A DNA stretch of 32,000 nt from Trichlorobacter lovleyi SZ (GCF_000020385.1 NC_010814.1:3030001-3062000); one strand, 5' to 3'; counted from the stretch's first letter, positions 8,627 through 18,524 are shown. Notes: generated by a model from the letters alone, not told the origin. Made by a program: numbers and translations.

Positions 8627-10504
8627 ATGAGGACAATCGGGCTGCTGCTGATCCTGCTACTGACAGGCTCTGTTGCGTGGTGCTTTGATGCAGGCTCAAG
8701 TTGTGTTACCTGCCACAGCGACCGGGCCAAACTGAAAGAGCTGGGGGCCGAGGCGATGTACCTTGACCCGGCTCAGGTTGATCGGGAAGTGGGTATGAAG
8801 GGTAAGCCGAGCTGCGTGGACTGCCACCTGGGTGATCCCAAGGCTGCTGACAAGGCTGCCGCCCATAAAGGGATGCTGGCTCCGTTTCTGGTGGCAGCCG
8901 GTAAAAACCATAAGGGTCAGGCTCTGTCCCGTGAGGCAGCCGGGGCCCTGCTACCACTGGTACCAAAGAGCAAGGGGATGAACAGCATGATCCCCAAGGG
9001 TGATCCCAAGAAACTACAGGAAGCAGGGGTCAAGAAAATCGTCGGCATCCAGTGGCACGACCGCGATCCCGAGACCATGGCCTATGCCCCCAGGGTTGCC
9101 GAACAGACCTGTGGCAGGTGCCACGCCAAGGCGGTCAAGGAGTACAACAGCTCAGCCAAGGGGCTGACCAAAAACCAGCGTGCTTTCCGTGACTGGTCTG
9201 AAAAACAGCCAGGTCCGCAAAACTGTGGTATGTGGCCCGGTCAGAATGAAGAAGGTATTCGCAGCCATACTTCTGTTCCCTACACCAAAGCCATGAACGG
9301 CGCCATGGAGCGTTCCTGCAATATGTGCCACGCCTCCTGCAATGACTGTCACTTCAAACCTGTGGCCAATAAGGGTACCCACTCCTTTGGCAAACCGGAC
9401 ACCCCCAGTTGCTATGGTGGTGGCAGGGCCAGCATCTGCCATGCCGGACCGATGGACCGCCGACGCGGCGCAGGTTATGTCAGGGGTGAATACGCCTTCC
9501 CGGCCAACCTGCCCCAGGGAGCCCATGTCAAGGCAGGTCTTGAGTGCCTTGATTGCCACAAACCTGCCAATCACCAGTTCGGGCATCTGGCTGCCGACGA
9601 TGCCCGCAATGCCTGCAAAAACTGCCACGGACAGATTGTTAAGGCCGTACAGAGTTCATCCCACGGCAAGGTTGATTGCGCCTCCTGCCATGTCACCGTA
9701 TCAGGTGCCTATCAGTACACCTTCTGGGGGCAGGGCCATTACTACGGGGTAGAGACCCCCTATGGCAAGCATAAGGAGTATTACGGCACCCGCGACCTGC
9801 CGACCATCATCAAAAATGCAGCCGGTCGCTATATTCCGGTTAAACCGTACCCGATGGCGGTCTTGAACCAGACCACCGAACTGGGCCCCACCGGCCTGTT
9901 GTTCCGGGCCATTCCCCAGCGCACCGTAGCGGGTAACCCGCGTATCGGAGAACCGGTCACCTTTGAGGTGGCACGTTCTGCAACTGATGTGAATGATGCC
10001 TACATTGTGGTTGGTACCCGCAATGACCTGCCTGGCGGCAACAAGGCCATACTCTGGATCCAGATGGACAAGCTGAGCCACGCCATGGGTAAGCCCCGCA
10101 ACTGTGGCAGCTGCCATGACAGCAAGGCCCAGGTGGGTAAATCGGAATGGAGCTACTTTGAAGATCGTGATGTGACCAAGCCATTCAAGGGCAGCTACAC
10201 GATTATCGCAGACAAGAACGGTATCCGCTTCAGTAACGTTGCCTGGGAACAGCCGTCACTGGCCCCCAATCGCAAGCTGCAGGATATTGCCCCGTTTGCC
10301 GTGCTTCCCACCACAGCCTGGGATGTAAAGGGAATCAACTTTGAGCTTCCGTACAACAAGGTCAGGACCGACAAGACCCGTAAGGAACTTGACCGGTTCC
10401 TGATCAAACTGGACAAGCTGAAGTCCGACCCGAAAACAGCAGAGATTCGCAGCATCGCCTACCATAACCTGGCCATGGCAAAGAAGATGTTAAAACAGAA
10501 ATAG
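8627..10504 (+). CDS. Secreted multiheme c-type cytochrome (9 CXXCH motifs)
   Basis: The start ATG 8627 follows AAGGAGG and encodes signal peptide MRTIGLLLILLLTGSVAW. The heme motifs are CVTCH, CVDCH, CGRCH, CNMCH, CNDCH, CLDCH, CKNCH, CASCH and CGSCH. Confidence 0.9.
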   Translation: MRTIGLLLILLLTGSVAWCFDAGSSCVTCHSDRAKLKELGAEAMYLDPAQVDREVGMKGKPSCVDCHLGDPKAADKAAAHKGMLAPFLVAAGKNHKGQALSREAAGALLPLVPKSKGMNSMIPKGDPKKLQEAGVKKIVGIQWHDRDPETMAYAPRVAEQTCGRCHAKAVKEYNSSAKGLTKNQRAFRDWSEKQPGPQNCGMWPGQNEEGIRSHTSVPYTKAMNGAMERSCNMCHASCNDCHFKPVANKGTHSFGKPDTPSCYGGGRASICHAGPMDRRRGAGYVRGEYAFPANLPQGAHVKAGLECLDCHKPANHQFGHLAADDARNACKNCHGQIVKAVQSSSHGKVDCASCHVTVSGAYQYTFWGQGHYYGVETPYGKHKEYYGTRDLPTIIKNAAGRYIPVKPYPMAVLNQTTELGPTGLLFRAIPQRTVAGNPRIGEPVTFEVARSATDVNDAYIVVGTRNDLPGGNKAILWIQMDKLSHAMGKPRNCGSCHDSKAQVGKSEWSYFEDRDVTKPFKGSYTIIADKNGIRFSNVAWEQPSLAPNRKLQDIAPFAVLPTTAWDVKGINFELPYNKVRTDKTRKELDRFLIKLDKLKSDPKTAEIRSIAYHNLAMAKKMLKQK

Positions 10505-10531
10505 CAAAGCAGACCAGATCAGCGCCAATAC

Positions 10532-10563
10532 AAACGGCCACCCTGTTTCCGGGGTGGCCGTTT
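10532..10563. terminator. Bidirectional terminator between the convergent cytochrome genes
   Basis: AAACGGCCACCC-tgtttccg-GGGTGGCCGTTT forms a 12-bp perfect stem. Confidence 0.75.
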
Positions 10564-10587
10564 GTGCTTGAGCTGAAAGATCTATGT

Positions 10588-10899
10588 TTATTTCACCAGC
10601 TTGTGGCAGAACAGACAACGATGCTTGGGGGGATGGTTAGGGGGCAGCTTGATGTTGTTTTGCGCGTGACAGGGCTCGCAAAGTTTTTCAGCATCCTTCT
10701 TGGCAGGCCTGAAAAAAGCTCGTTTAAAAATGGAGGCATCTGCTGCCGGGGCATTTTTATACGCGATCTCATAGACCTGCTTGTGGGTGGCATTATTAGG
10801 CACCGGCTTGGTTTTCTCCTTGCCGGAAATAGCAATAAATATGGCAAGTATTACAACGACCAGCGCAATAAAGAACCAATCCCGCTTTTCTATTTTCAT
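10588..10899 (-). CDS. Small membrane-anchored diheme cytochrome c
   Basis: The product has an N-terminal TM anchor (WFFIALVVVILAIFIAI) and two heme motifs, CEPCH and CLFCH. Confidence 0.8.
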   Translation of the reverse strand: MKIEKRDWFFIALVVVILAIFIAISGKEKTKPVPNNATHKQVYEIAYKNAPAADASIFKRAFFRPAKKDAEKLCEPCHAQNNIKLPPNHPPKHRCLFCHKLVK

Positions 10900-10907
10900 G
10901 AGCGCAC

Positions 10908-11243
10908 CTAATCCTTGATAAACATAAAATAGACGATTACCCCACCGATTCCCAGACCAAAGGCGGCAAACGGTAGAATAGTCTTCATACTCAGCTCCTG
11001 CTCCGGTGCAGGCATGGCGAACTTGACCATGACAATCAGAGCCAACAGGAAAAACAGGGTCAGCAGCACCGTTTTGGACCGCTTGTAGACCCCGAAGAAA
11101 AGGACTGCAAGCGTTACCAGCAGAAAGACCCAGTTCGAGAAGATCTGCTGCAGCGTCAGGTTTTGTATGGTGGTCATCAGGTTCTGGGTCTCAAGCGGGC
11201 GCAAGACTTCAACTGTTTTTTCCACCATCTCCTGCTTTTCCAT
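10908..11243 (-). CDS. Small integral membrane protein (about 3 TM segments), function unknown
   Basis: ATG 11243 is preceded by GGGAGGTGGT. The hydrophobic segments are WVFLLVTLAVLFFGV, LLTLFFLLALIVMV and ILPFAAFGLGIGGVIVYF. Its stop lies 8 nt before the diheme cytochrome start. Confidence 0.65.
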   Translation of the reverse strand: MEKQEMVEKTVEVLRPLETQNLMTTIQNLTLQQIFSNWVFLLVTLAVLFFGVYKRSKTVLLTLFFLLALIVMVKFAMPAPEQELSMKTILPFAAFGLGIGGVIVYFMFIKD

Positions 11244-11280
11244 ACCACCTCCCACCGGCCAGAGTAGTTGCATGCTAGCG

Positions 11281-11310
11281 CAAAAACTGCAGCCGGGCAA
11301 GCATCCCGGC
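11281..11310 (-). terminator. Weak hairpin plus T-run after dnaJ (possible leaky terminator)
   Basis: On the minus strand, GCCGGG-atgctt-GCCCGGC is followed by tgcagTTTTTG. The stem is only 6 bp. Confidence 0.35.
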
Positions 11311-11314
11311 AAAA

Positions 11315-12445
11315 TCAGCTCAGGAAATCCATCACCTTATCCAGAAAACCCTTTTTCATCGGATGGGCCTCTTCGCCGCTGATTTTGGCAAACTCCTCCA
11401 GCAGTTCTTTCTGTTTCTTGTTCAGGTTGGTAGGAGTCTCCACCTTGACAACCACCAACTGATCACCCCGGCCGTATCCCTGCAATGAGGGGATGCCCTT
11501 GCCCCGCAGCCGGTAGATCTTGCCGGATTGCGTGCCGTCAGGGATCTTCATGGAGACCTTGCCGTCAAGGGTGGGTACTTCAATTTCACAGCCCAGGGCA
11601 GCCTGGGCAAAGCTGATCGGGATCTCACAGATGACATTGTCATCTTCGCGCTGGAACAGGGGATGATCCTTGACCGAAATGGCGACATAGAGATCGCCGT
11701 TGGGGCCGCCTTTGACCCCCTGCCCGCCTTCGCTGGTAAGCTTCAGACGTGAACCGGTTTCCACACCGCCCGGCACCTTGACCGAGAGGGTCTTGGTATC
11801 CTTGATGCTCCCCTTGCCGCGACAATCGGGACAGGGATCATCAACCACCTTGCCTTCACCGTTACACTGGCCACAGGTCTTGCTGACGCTGAAGAAGCCC
11901 TGCTGGTAACGAACCTGACCGGCACCACGGCAGCTGGGGCAGATCTTGGGATCAGTACCCGGTTTGGCACCGGAGCCGTTACAGCTGCTGCACCGCTTGG
12001 CATAGGGAACCTCAATCTTCTTCTCGCAGCCAAAGGCGGCCTCTTCAAAGGAGATCTCCATGTTGTAGAGCAGGTCGTCCCCCCGCCGTCCCTGGCTGCG
12101 ACGGCCAGCACCACCGCCAAAGATGTCCCCGAAGATGTCCCCGAAGATATCACCAAAAGGAGAGCCGGCTCCGAATCCGCCAAACCCGCCACCGGAGAAA
12201 CCGCCGGCCCCAGACACCCCGGCATGGCCGAACTGATCGTACTGGGCCCGCTTCTGGGCATCGGAAAGGACTTCGTAGGCCTCAGTGGCCTCTTTGAACT
12301 TTTCCTCGGCCTCCTTGTTCCCCTGATTTTTGTCCGGGTGATACTGGATGGCCAGCTTGCGGAAGGCCTTCTTGATCTCTGTCTCAGAGGCGTTTTTGTG
12401 GACGCCGAGGATCTCGTAATAGTCGCGTTTTTCGCCGTTTGCCAC
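11315..12445 (-). CDS. dnaJ: Molecular chaperone DnaJ
   Basis: The product has a J-domain with HPD (YHPDKN), a G/F-rich region and four CxxCxGxG zinc-finger repeats ([32 protein letters not shown]). Confidence 0.97.
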   Translation of the reverse strand: MANGEKRDYYEILGVHKNASETEIKKAFRKLAIQYHPDKNQGNKEAEEKFKEATEAYEVLSDAQKRAQYDQFGHAGVSGAGGFSGGGFGGFGAGSPFGDIFGDIFGDIFGGGAGRRSQGRRGDDLLYNMEISFEEAAFGCEKKIEVPYAKRCSSCNGSGAKPGTDPKICPSCRGAGQVRYQQGFFSVSKTCGQCNGEGKVVDDPCPDCRGKGSIKDTKTLSVKVPGGVETGSRLKLTSEGGQGVKGGPNGDLYVAISVKDHPLFQREDDNVICEIPISFAQAALGCEIEVPTLDGKVSMKIPDGTQSGKIYRLRGKGIPSLQGYGRGDQLVVVKVETPTNLNKKQKELLEEFAKISGEEAHPMKKGFLDKVMDFLS

Positions 12446-12476
12446 GCTTCATATCCTTATCAGTCAGAATACAGAT

Positions 12477-12505
12477 GTAGGGGCGGGTCTGAAACCCGCC
12501 CCTAC
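12477..12505 (-). promoter_or_regulatory. Strong intercistronic hairpin between dnaK and dnaJ
   Basis: GTAGGGGCGGG-tctgaaa-CCCGCCCCTAC forms an 11-bp perfect GC-rich stem with no clean T-run after it. It is likely an mRNA stabiliser or attenuator that sets the dnaK:dnaJ ratio. Confidence 0.5.
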
Positions 12506-12533
12506 CGTTACCAGCCGGATACCTTCGTATCGA

Positions 12534-14453
12534 CTACTTCTTCACTTCCTCAAAGTCTGCATCAACGACTTTCTCATCCTTGGGCTTGGCGCCTGCCTCC
12601 TGTTGCTGACCGCAGTCACCGCCGCAAGAGTCTGCACCTGGGGCCTGCTGGGCCTGGGCATACATCGCCTCAGCCAGCTTGTGAGCGGCCTGGGCCAGTT
12701 CATCAGTAGCCTTCTTGATCACCTCGGCGTCATCGCTGTCCATCACCTTTTTCAGGTCGGCAATCTTGTTCTCGATGGTACCCTTCTCAACGGCATCTAC
12801 CTTGTCACCAACCTCTTTCAGGGACTTTTCGGTGCTGTAGATCATGGAGTCAGCCTGGTTACGGGCCTCGATCGCCTCACGCTTTTTCTTGTCTTCAGCA
12901 GCATGGGACTCGGCATCCTTGACCATCTTGTCGATCTCTTCCTTGGACAGACCGGACGAGGCAGTGATACGGATGGACTGTTCCTTGCCGGTTCCCAGAT
13001 CCTTGGCAGAGACATGCACAATGCCGTTGGCATCAATATCAAAAGTCACTTCAATCTGAGGTACACCGCGGGGTGCCGGCGGAATACCGGTCAGCTCGAA
13101 GTTGCCCAGGGTCTTGTTGTCACGGGCCATTTCACGTTCACCCTGCAGTACATGGATGGAAACCGCAGGCTGGTTATCCGCTGCTGTCGAGAAGGTCTGG
13201 GACTTACGGCAGGGGATGGTGGTGTTCTTCTCGATCAACCGGGTCAACACGCCACCCAGGGTCTCGATCCCCAGTGAAAGCGGGGTAACATCCAGCAGCA
13301 GAACATCCTTGACATCTCCCTTGAGTACGCCGCCCTGGATACCGGCGCCGATGGCCACCACCTCATCAGGGTTAACCCCTTTGTTCGGTACCTTGCCGAA
13401 GATCTCCTGCACCCGCTGCACAACAGCCGGCATACGGGTCATACCACCCACCAGAATAACCTCATCAATCTCGGAAGCGGTCAGACCGGCATCCTTCATG
13501 GCAGTACGGCAGGGGCCTTCCAGTTTACGCAGCAGGTCATCACAGAGCGACTCCAGCTTGGCGCGGGACAGCTTCAGATTCAGGTGCTTGGGACCGCTGG
13601 CATCGGCAGTGATAAACGGCAGGTTGATGTCGGTCTCCATGGAACCGGACAGCTCGCACTTGGCCTTTTCTGCCGCCTCTTTCAGGCGCTGCAGGGCCAT
13701 CTTGTCACCACGCAGGTCAATACCCTGGTCTTTTTTAAACTCGTCGGCGATCCAGTCGATGATCTTCTGGTCAAAGTCCTCGCCACCCAGGAAGGTGTCA
13801 CCATTGGTGGATTTCACCTCAAATACGCCGTCACCCAGTTCAAGCACGGAGACGTCGAAGGTACCGCCGCCCAGGTCAAACACGGCAATCTTCTCATCCT
13901 TCTTCTTGTCCAGACCATAGGCCAGCGCAGCAGCGGTCGGCTCGTTAATGATCCGTAGCACATTCAGGCCGGCGATCTTGCCGGCATCCTTGGTAGCCTG
14001 GCGCTGGGAGTCATCAAAATAGGCCGGCACGGTAATAACCGCGTCAGTCACGGTCTCCCCCAGATAGTCTTCAGCGGTCTTCTTCATCTTCTGCAGAATG
14101 ATGGCCGAGATCTCCGGCGGAGAATACTTCTTATCCCGTACATCAACCCAGGCATCACCGTTGTCAGCCTTGACGATCTTGAACGGGGAGATGGCGATAT
14201 CCTTCTTGACCGCCTCGGTCTCAAATTTACGGCCGATCAGACGCTTGATGGCGAAGAGGGTATTTTCCGGGTTGGTGACCGCCTGACGCTTGGCCTGCTG
14301 GCCGACAATCCGCTCACCGGCCTCGGTAAAGGCCACCATTGAAGGGGTGGTACGGCTTCCTTCGGAGTTGGCGATAACGATCGGCTCCCCGCCCTCCATG
14401 ATTGCAACGCAGGAGTTGGTGGTTCCCAGGTCAATGCCGATAACTTTACTCAT
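12534..14453 (-). CDS. dnaK: Molecular chaperone DnaK (Hsp70)
   Basis: The product begins [17 protein letters not shown], contains DLGGGTFD, and has a C-terminal EEVKK-type tail. The start is at ATG 14453, 10 nt after AAGGAG. Confidence 0.97.
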   Translation of the reverse strand: MSKVIGIDLGTTNSCVAIMEGGEPIVIANSEGSRTTPSMVAFTEAGERIVGQQAKRQAVTNPENTLFAIKRLIGRKFETEAVKKDIAISPFKIVKADNGDAWVDVRDKKYSPPEISAIILQKMKKTAEDYLGETVTDAVITVPAYFDDSQRQATKDAGKIAGLNVLRIINEPTAAALAYGLDKKKDEKIAVFDLGGGTFDVSVLELGDGVFEVKSTNGDTFLGGEDFDQKIIDWIADEFKKDQGIDLRGDKMALQRLKEAAEKAKCELSGSMETDINLPFITADASGPKHLNLKLSRAKLESLCDDLLRKLEGPCRTAMKDAGLTASEIDEVILVGGMTRMPAVVQRVQEIFGKVPNKGVNPDEVVAIGAGIQGGVLKGDVKDVLLLDVTPLSLGIETLGGVLTRLIEKNTTIPCRKSQTFSTAADNQPAVSIHVLQGEREMARDNKTLGNFELTGIPPAPRGVPQIEVTFDIDANGIVHVSAKDLGTGKEQSIRITASSGLSKEEIDKMVKDAESHAAEDKKKREAIEARNQADSMIYSTEKSLKEVGDKVDAVEKGTIENKIADLKKVMDSDDAEVIKKATDELAQAAHKLAEAMYAQAQQAPGADSCGGDCGQQQEAGAKPKDEKVVDADFEEVKK

Positions 14454-14540
14454 GACTGTCATTCTCCTTCCTGAATGTCTTCCTGATACGAAACGTGGGT
14501 ATTGGTTCTTTAAAAAACAAGGGGTAGCTAAAAATAAATC

Positions 14541-15086
14541 TTAGGGATTTTTTGCGACCGACACCATGGAGGGACGCAGCAAACGTTCCTTCAGCAGGTA
14601 GCCCTTCTGGAACTCCTGTACAATGGTGTTATTCGGATGGTCGCTGGTCTCCACCTGCGCCATGGCCTGGTGGAAGGCCGGATCAAACAGGGTGCCGCAA
14701 TTTCCATCCACAGCACAGACGCCAAACTTTTTCAGTGCCGTCTGCAACAGGGTATGGGTCATCTTAACCCCTTCAACCAGAGCAGGCAGACCGTCTTCAT
14801 TGGCATGTTCAAGGGCACGCTCAAGATTATCCAGCACCGGCAGCACCTCTTCTACCAGCGACTTGATACCGTAGTTCAGCAACTCTTCCTTTTCACGGGA
14901 GGCCCGCTTGCGGTAGTTTTCCAGGTCAGCCCGCTCACGCAGCAGTTTGTCCCAGTTATCCTTTGCTTCCTGTTCCTTTGCCGCAAGTTTTTCCTGCAGC
15001 TGTACAAGCTGTTGCTCCGGCGTCAATTCAGCCGTTTCAACCGCCGCTTCCTGCTCTGTCTGCAGATCCTGTTGTTCTTTGTTCAT
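14541..15086 (-). CDS. grpE: Nucleotide exchange factor GrpE
   Basis: The product is GrpE-like, with a coiled coil and beta domain ([12 protein letters not shown] ... FDPAFHQAM). Confidence 0.95.
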   Translation of the reverse strand: MNKEQQDLQTEQEAAVETAELTPEQQLVQLQEKLAAKEQEAKDNWDKLLRERADLENYRKRASREKEELLNYGIKSLVEEVLPVLDNLERALEHANEDGLPALVEGVKMTHTLLQTALKKFGVCAVDGNCGTLFDPAFHQAMAQVETSDHPNNTIVQEFQKGYLLKERLLRPSMVSVAKNP

Positions 15087-15130
15087 GGTACCTGGCTTAT
15101 CCTCTCAGAACGTTAAAACAGCCACGTTCA

Positions 15131-16165
15131 TTATCGTTCCGTCAGCAAACGGCTGACTAGTTGTGCGGTGTAATCAACAATCGGAATCACCGATGAATAG
15201 CCCATCCGGGTCGGACCGATCACCCCCATCAGGCCAATGGTGTTGACATCGGTCATATAGGTAGAGGTAATCAGACTCATGCCGGCCATCTCTTTGAGTG
15301 GCGTTTCTGAGCCGATAAATATCTGCACCCCTTGCGCCTGCATGCAGTTGCCCAGCAGCTGTACCAAGCGGCCTTTTTCCTCAAAGGCCTGAAATATTTC
15401 ACGCATCTTGGTAACATCATTAAACTCGGGCTGTTCAAAGATACGGGATTGGCCGGTGATGTACACCTCGTCCTGTTCATCCGGCAGCGCCTGGCGCGAC
15501 AGACTCAGTGCCCTGGTCATCATCTGGTCATAGCGGTTCTTTTCCAACTCCATCTCAGCCAGAATCTTTTCCCGCACCTGGCTGATGGAGAGACCTTCAA
15601 GCGTACTGTTCAGGTAGTTGGACATCCTGACCAGATCTTCAGGCATGAAATCCTGATCCGTTTCAATGATCCGGTTTTGAACTGCACCGCTACAGGTAAC
15701 CAGAATGGCCAGAATACGGCGGGCGCCAAGCTTGACAAACTCGATCTGACGAAACATCCCTGTGGTAAAACGGGGGGCCACCACAATACCGGTATAGTTT
15801 GAAAGACTTGAAAGGGTACGACTGGCTTCCCGCAGCAGGTCTGTCAGATTACCGCCGGTCTCCCTGCAACGCTTCAGGATCTCTTTTTTCTCCGTATGGG
15901 TGATCGTCCGCAACCCGACCAGAGAATCAACATAAAAGCGGAAACCTTTATCGGTGGGAATCCGCCCGGCAGAGGTATGGGGCGATGCCAGCAGGCCCAG
16001 CTCTTCAAGGCTTGCCATAACATTGCGCACCGTGGCCGAAGACAGGGACAAGGCATGGCGCCGGGCAACAGCGCTGCTGCCAACCGGTTCGGCCGTAGCA
16101 ATGTAATCCTCTACAATTGCCTCTAAAATCTGCCTGCTTCGTTGTGAGAGTGTCAGATCAACCAT
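15131..16165 (-). CDS. hrcA: Heat-inducible transcription repressor HrcA
   Basis: The N-terminal wHTH reads LSQRSRQILEAIVEDYIATAEPVGS. The gene sits first in the hrcA-grpE-dnaK-dnaJ order, directly downstream of a CIRCE element. Start at ATG 16165. Confidence 0.93.
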   Translation of the reverse strand: MVDLTLSQRSRQILEAIVEDYIATAEPVGSSAVARRHALSLSSATVRNVMASLEELGLLASPHTSAGRIPTDKGFRFYVDSLVGLRTITHTEKKEILKRCRETGGNLTDLLREASRTLSSLSNYTGIVVAPRFTTGMFRQIEFVKLGARRILAILVTCSGAVQNRIIETDQDFMPEDLVRMSNYLNSTLEGLSISQVREKILAEMELEKNRYDQMMTRALSLSRQALPDEQDEVYITGQSRIFEQPEFNDVTKMREIFQAFEEKGRLVQLLGNCMQAQGVQIFIGSETPLKEMAGMSLITSTYMTDVNTIGLMGVIGPTRMGYSSVIPIVDYTAQLVSRLLTER

Positions 16166-16217
16166 GACACATCCTTTACCTGTTTCTTGCACTGCTGTCA
16201 GACACCCGGACAATCTA

Positions 16218-16244
16218 TTAGCACTCTATAAACTTGAGTGCTAA
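16218..16244. promoter_or_regulatory. CIRCE operator (HrcA binding site)
   Basis: TTAGCACTC-tataaactt-GAGTGCTAA is a perfect match to the TTAGCACTC-N9-GAGTGCTAA consensus. Confidence 0.95.
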
Positions 16245-16252
16245 TATAGCAC

Positions 16253-16281
16253 AAAGTAATCAGCAGGCCGTTATTTGTCAA
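16253..16281 (-). promoter_or_regulatory. Putative sigma-70 promoter of the hrcA operon
   Basis: The minus strand reads TTGACA-N17-TACTTT. CIRCE begins about 9 nt downstream of the -10 element, the classical arrangement. Confidence 0.55.
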
Positions 16282-16397
16282 GGCCATATTCAAACAAAAC
16301 GTGCCCCGTCCCAGCTGCAAAACCAGCAAAGGACTTGCCTGCTGGAAAGAAACACTATATATATAATTGTTCAAATAAATACAGGAGGATGATCCCG

Positions 16398-17225
16398 GTG
16401 TCCTGGCAGGCAATCGGCATATTTGATTCCGGAGTGGGTGGCTTGACGGTCTTGCGGGAACTGACCAAAGCCCTGCCTCAGGAAGACACCATCTACTTTG
16501 GTGATACGGCACGGGTTCCCTATGGCACCAAGTCACCGGACACGGTTATCCGCTACTCACAGGAGATCGCCTCATTTCTAATCAAACGTGACATCAAGCT
16601 GCTGGTGGTGGCCTGCAATACCGCCTCTGCCGTCGCATTGCCTACCCTGCGTCGCTCCCTGCCGGTCCCCGTGGTTGGTGTAATCGAGCCGGGGGCAAAA
16701 CGGGCAGCAGAGGTAACCCGTAGCGGTGTTGTTGGCGTCATCGGCACCAGCGGTACCATCCGCAGCAGCGCCTACTCCCGGGCCATCAAACGCCTGAATC
16801 CGGACATCTCAGTGCTTGCCAAACCCTGTCCACTCTTTGTCCCTCTGGCAGAAGAAGGCTGGATCGACAACGACGTCACCCGAATAACCGCCCGGCTCTA
16901 CCTTGAGGAGCTGCGGGAGGCACAGGTTGATACGCTGGTACTGGGCTGTACCCACTACCCTTTGCTGAAAAAAGTCATAGCCGAGGTTATGGGGCCGGAC
17001 GTCACCCTGGTGGACTCTGCCGAAGAAACCGCCCGTACCGTGGCAACCATCCTGCAGGAGAAAAGCATGCTGCGCCCTCCGGCAGAACTTGGCAATCACC
17101 ACTATTATGTCACCGATGTACCGGCCGGATTCATACGGGTAGGCAATCGTTTCCTGGGCGGCAAGCTGGGAGATGTTTACCAGGTTTCATTGGATGACTG
17201 CCGGCTTTCCACGGAGAAAGACTGA
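16398..17225 (+). CDS. murI: Glutamate racemase
   Basis: The product has the motifs DSGVGGLTV, ACNTAS and GCTHYP. The start is proposed at GTG 16398, 8 nt after AGGAGG. ATG 16389 is an alternative but directly abuts the RBS. Confidence 0.92.
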   Translation: MSWQAIGIFDSGVGGLTVLRELTKALPQEDTIYFGDTARVPYGTKSPDTVIRYSQEIASFLIKRDIKLLVVACNTASAVALPTLRRSLPVPVVGVIEPGAKRAAEVTRSGVVGVIGTSGTIRSSAYSRAIKRLNPDISVLAKPCPLFVPLAEEGWIDNDVTRITARLYLEELREAQVDTLVLGCTHYPLLKKVIAEVMGPDVTLVDSAEETARTVATILQEKSMLRPPAELGNHHYYVTDVPAGFIRVGNRFLGGKLGDVYQVSLDDCRLSTEKD

Positions 17226-17818
17226 TGGCTATACACCACAAACCGCGCATCGGCGCTGATGTTTTAGTACCCTTTATCCTGATCGCCTTGGTATTTGGCG
17301 GATTATTCTGGCAAAAATACCAGGAAGCCCGCCAGCTGCCAGACACACCACCCGGCAAACAGGGACCGGCTGCAACCAAAAAGGTAACGCTCTTTTTTGG
17401 TGATGACGAATCTCATCTAATACGGGAAGCCCGTGAAGTTGAAGCCTGCGATGACCGGACCACCTGCCTTCGCTCACTGCTGGAAGAACTGTTTGTCGGC
17501 CCGGTAGGCGAACTGACTGCTGTTATTCCGGAGTGGACCACCATCAACAGCGTCAGGATAGAAGGGGATCTGGCCACTATTGATCTTGGCAAGGACTTTG
17601 CTGAAGCACTTGAGCCCGGCAGTTCGGCGGAAATGATGGCAGTCTACGCAATAGTTAACACGGTCTGCATCAACATGCCGGAGATACGGCACGTCAAAAT
17701 CACCCTTGATGGTGATCAATCAGCACGCCTGCGCCACCTGGATCTATCCGAGCCACTGGAACCCGATTATTCCCTGGAGCCGCAGCCTGCTGCAACACCT
17801 CAGCAGGGAAACAAGTAG
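17225..17818 (+). CDS. GerMN domain-containing protein with an N-terminal membrane anchor
   Basis: The ATG overlaps the murI stop (TGATG). A TM anchor is followed by a GerMN-like region (LFFGDDESHLIREAREV ... LEELFVGP ... VKITLDGD). Confidence 0.7.
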   Translation: MAIHHKPRIGADVLVPFILIALVFGGLFWQKYQEARQLPDTPPGKQGPAATKKVTLFFGDDESHLIREAREVEACDDRTTCLRSLLEELFVGPVGELTAVIPEWTTINSVRIEGDLATIDLGKDFAEALEPGSSAEMMAVYAIVNTVCINMPEIRHVKITLDGDQSARLRHLDLSEPLEPDYSLEPQPAATPQQGNK

Positions 17819-17829
17819 AGGACACTACC

Positions 17830-18339
17830 ATGCTGCTGGGCTATAACCACAATATCAACTACAAAGGCTCTGTATTTCATATCCAGACCGAAGACAGCGG
17901 CGTCAAAAACCCTCACATCATCACCCTGCTGTATCGGGAAGGCGTCATCCTCTGCTCGAAAAAGACCAGCTATGCAGACATCCTCAAGATCGACAACCTT
18001 GAGGCCGTTGTTGAAGATTTGATGAAGGAACAGCACAAAGATATGCTGCGCCGCCTGAAAAGCGGCGAATTTGACGACAAGGCCTTTGGCGCTCCCCAGC
18101 AGCAGCCCCCCAAAGCGCCCCCACGGGAACCAGAAGAAGAGCGTTCGATGCCAGCCCCAGCACCTGCAGTACCTGTTACAGCAGGCAGCAGCGGCGTTGA
18201 CCTGCTTTTTCAGGAAACCGTACAGCCACAATCCCCAAACACTCCGCCCCCTTCCAAAGCCAATGAAGCACCTGCCAAAAAACAGGAAGCAGTCAGTCTG
18301 GATGATGCAATTCTCAATTTTTTTGGTGCCTCAAAATAG
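17830..18339 (+). CDS. Conserved hypothetical protein with a Pro-rich low-complexity C-terminal half
   Basis: The ORF has a compact N-terminal domain (MLLGYNHNINYKGSVFHIQTEDSG...) and coding-like composition. I recognise no family. Confidence 0.6.
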   Translation: MLLGYNHNINYKGSVFHIQTEDSGVKNPHIITLLYREGVILCSKKTSYADILKIDNLEAVVEDLMKEQHKDMLRRLKSGEFDDKAFGAPQQQPPKAPPREPEEERSMPAPAPAVPVTAGSSGVDLLFQETVQPQSPNTPPPSKANEAPAKKQEAVSLDDAILNFFGASK

Positions 18340-18397
18340 CATCCACTCAAATCCGATCTGATTTTTTATACGCAGTAAAAAATATCGCAAAAAAATA

Positions 18398-18426
18398 TTG
18401 ACTATCATCCCGACATTTGCTAAATA
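18398..18426 (+). promoter_or_regulatory. Sigma-70 promoter of tRNA-Gly
   Basis: TTGACT-N17-TAAATA is preceded by an A-rich UP-like tract, and the -10 element ends 14 nt before the tRNA 5' end. Confidence 0.65.
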
Positions 18427-18440
18427 ACTTTTCTCACCAA

Positions 18441-18515
<75 letters not shown>

Positions 18516-18524
18516 TCAAAACAC

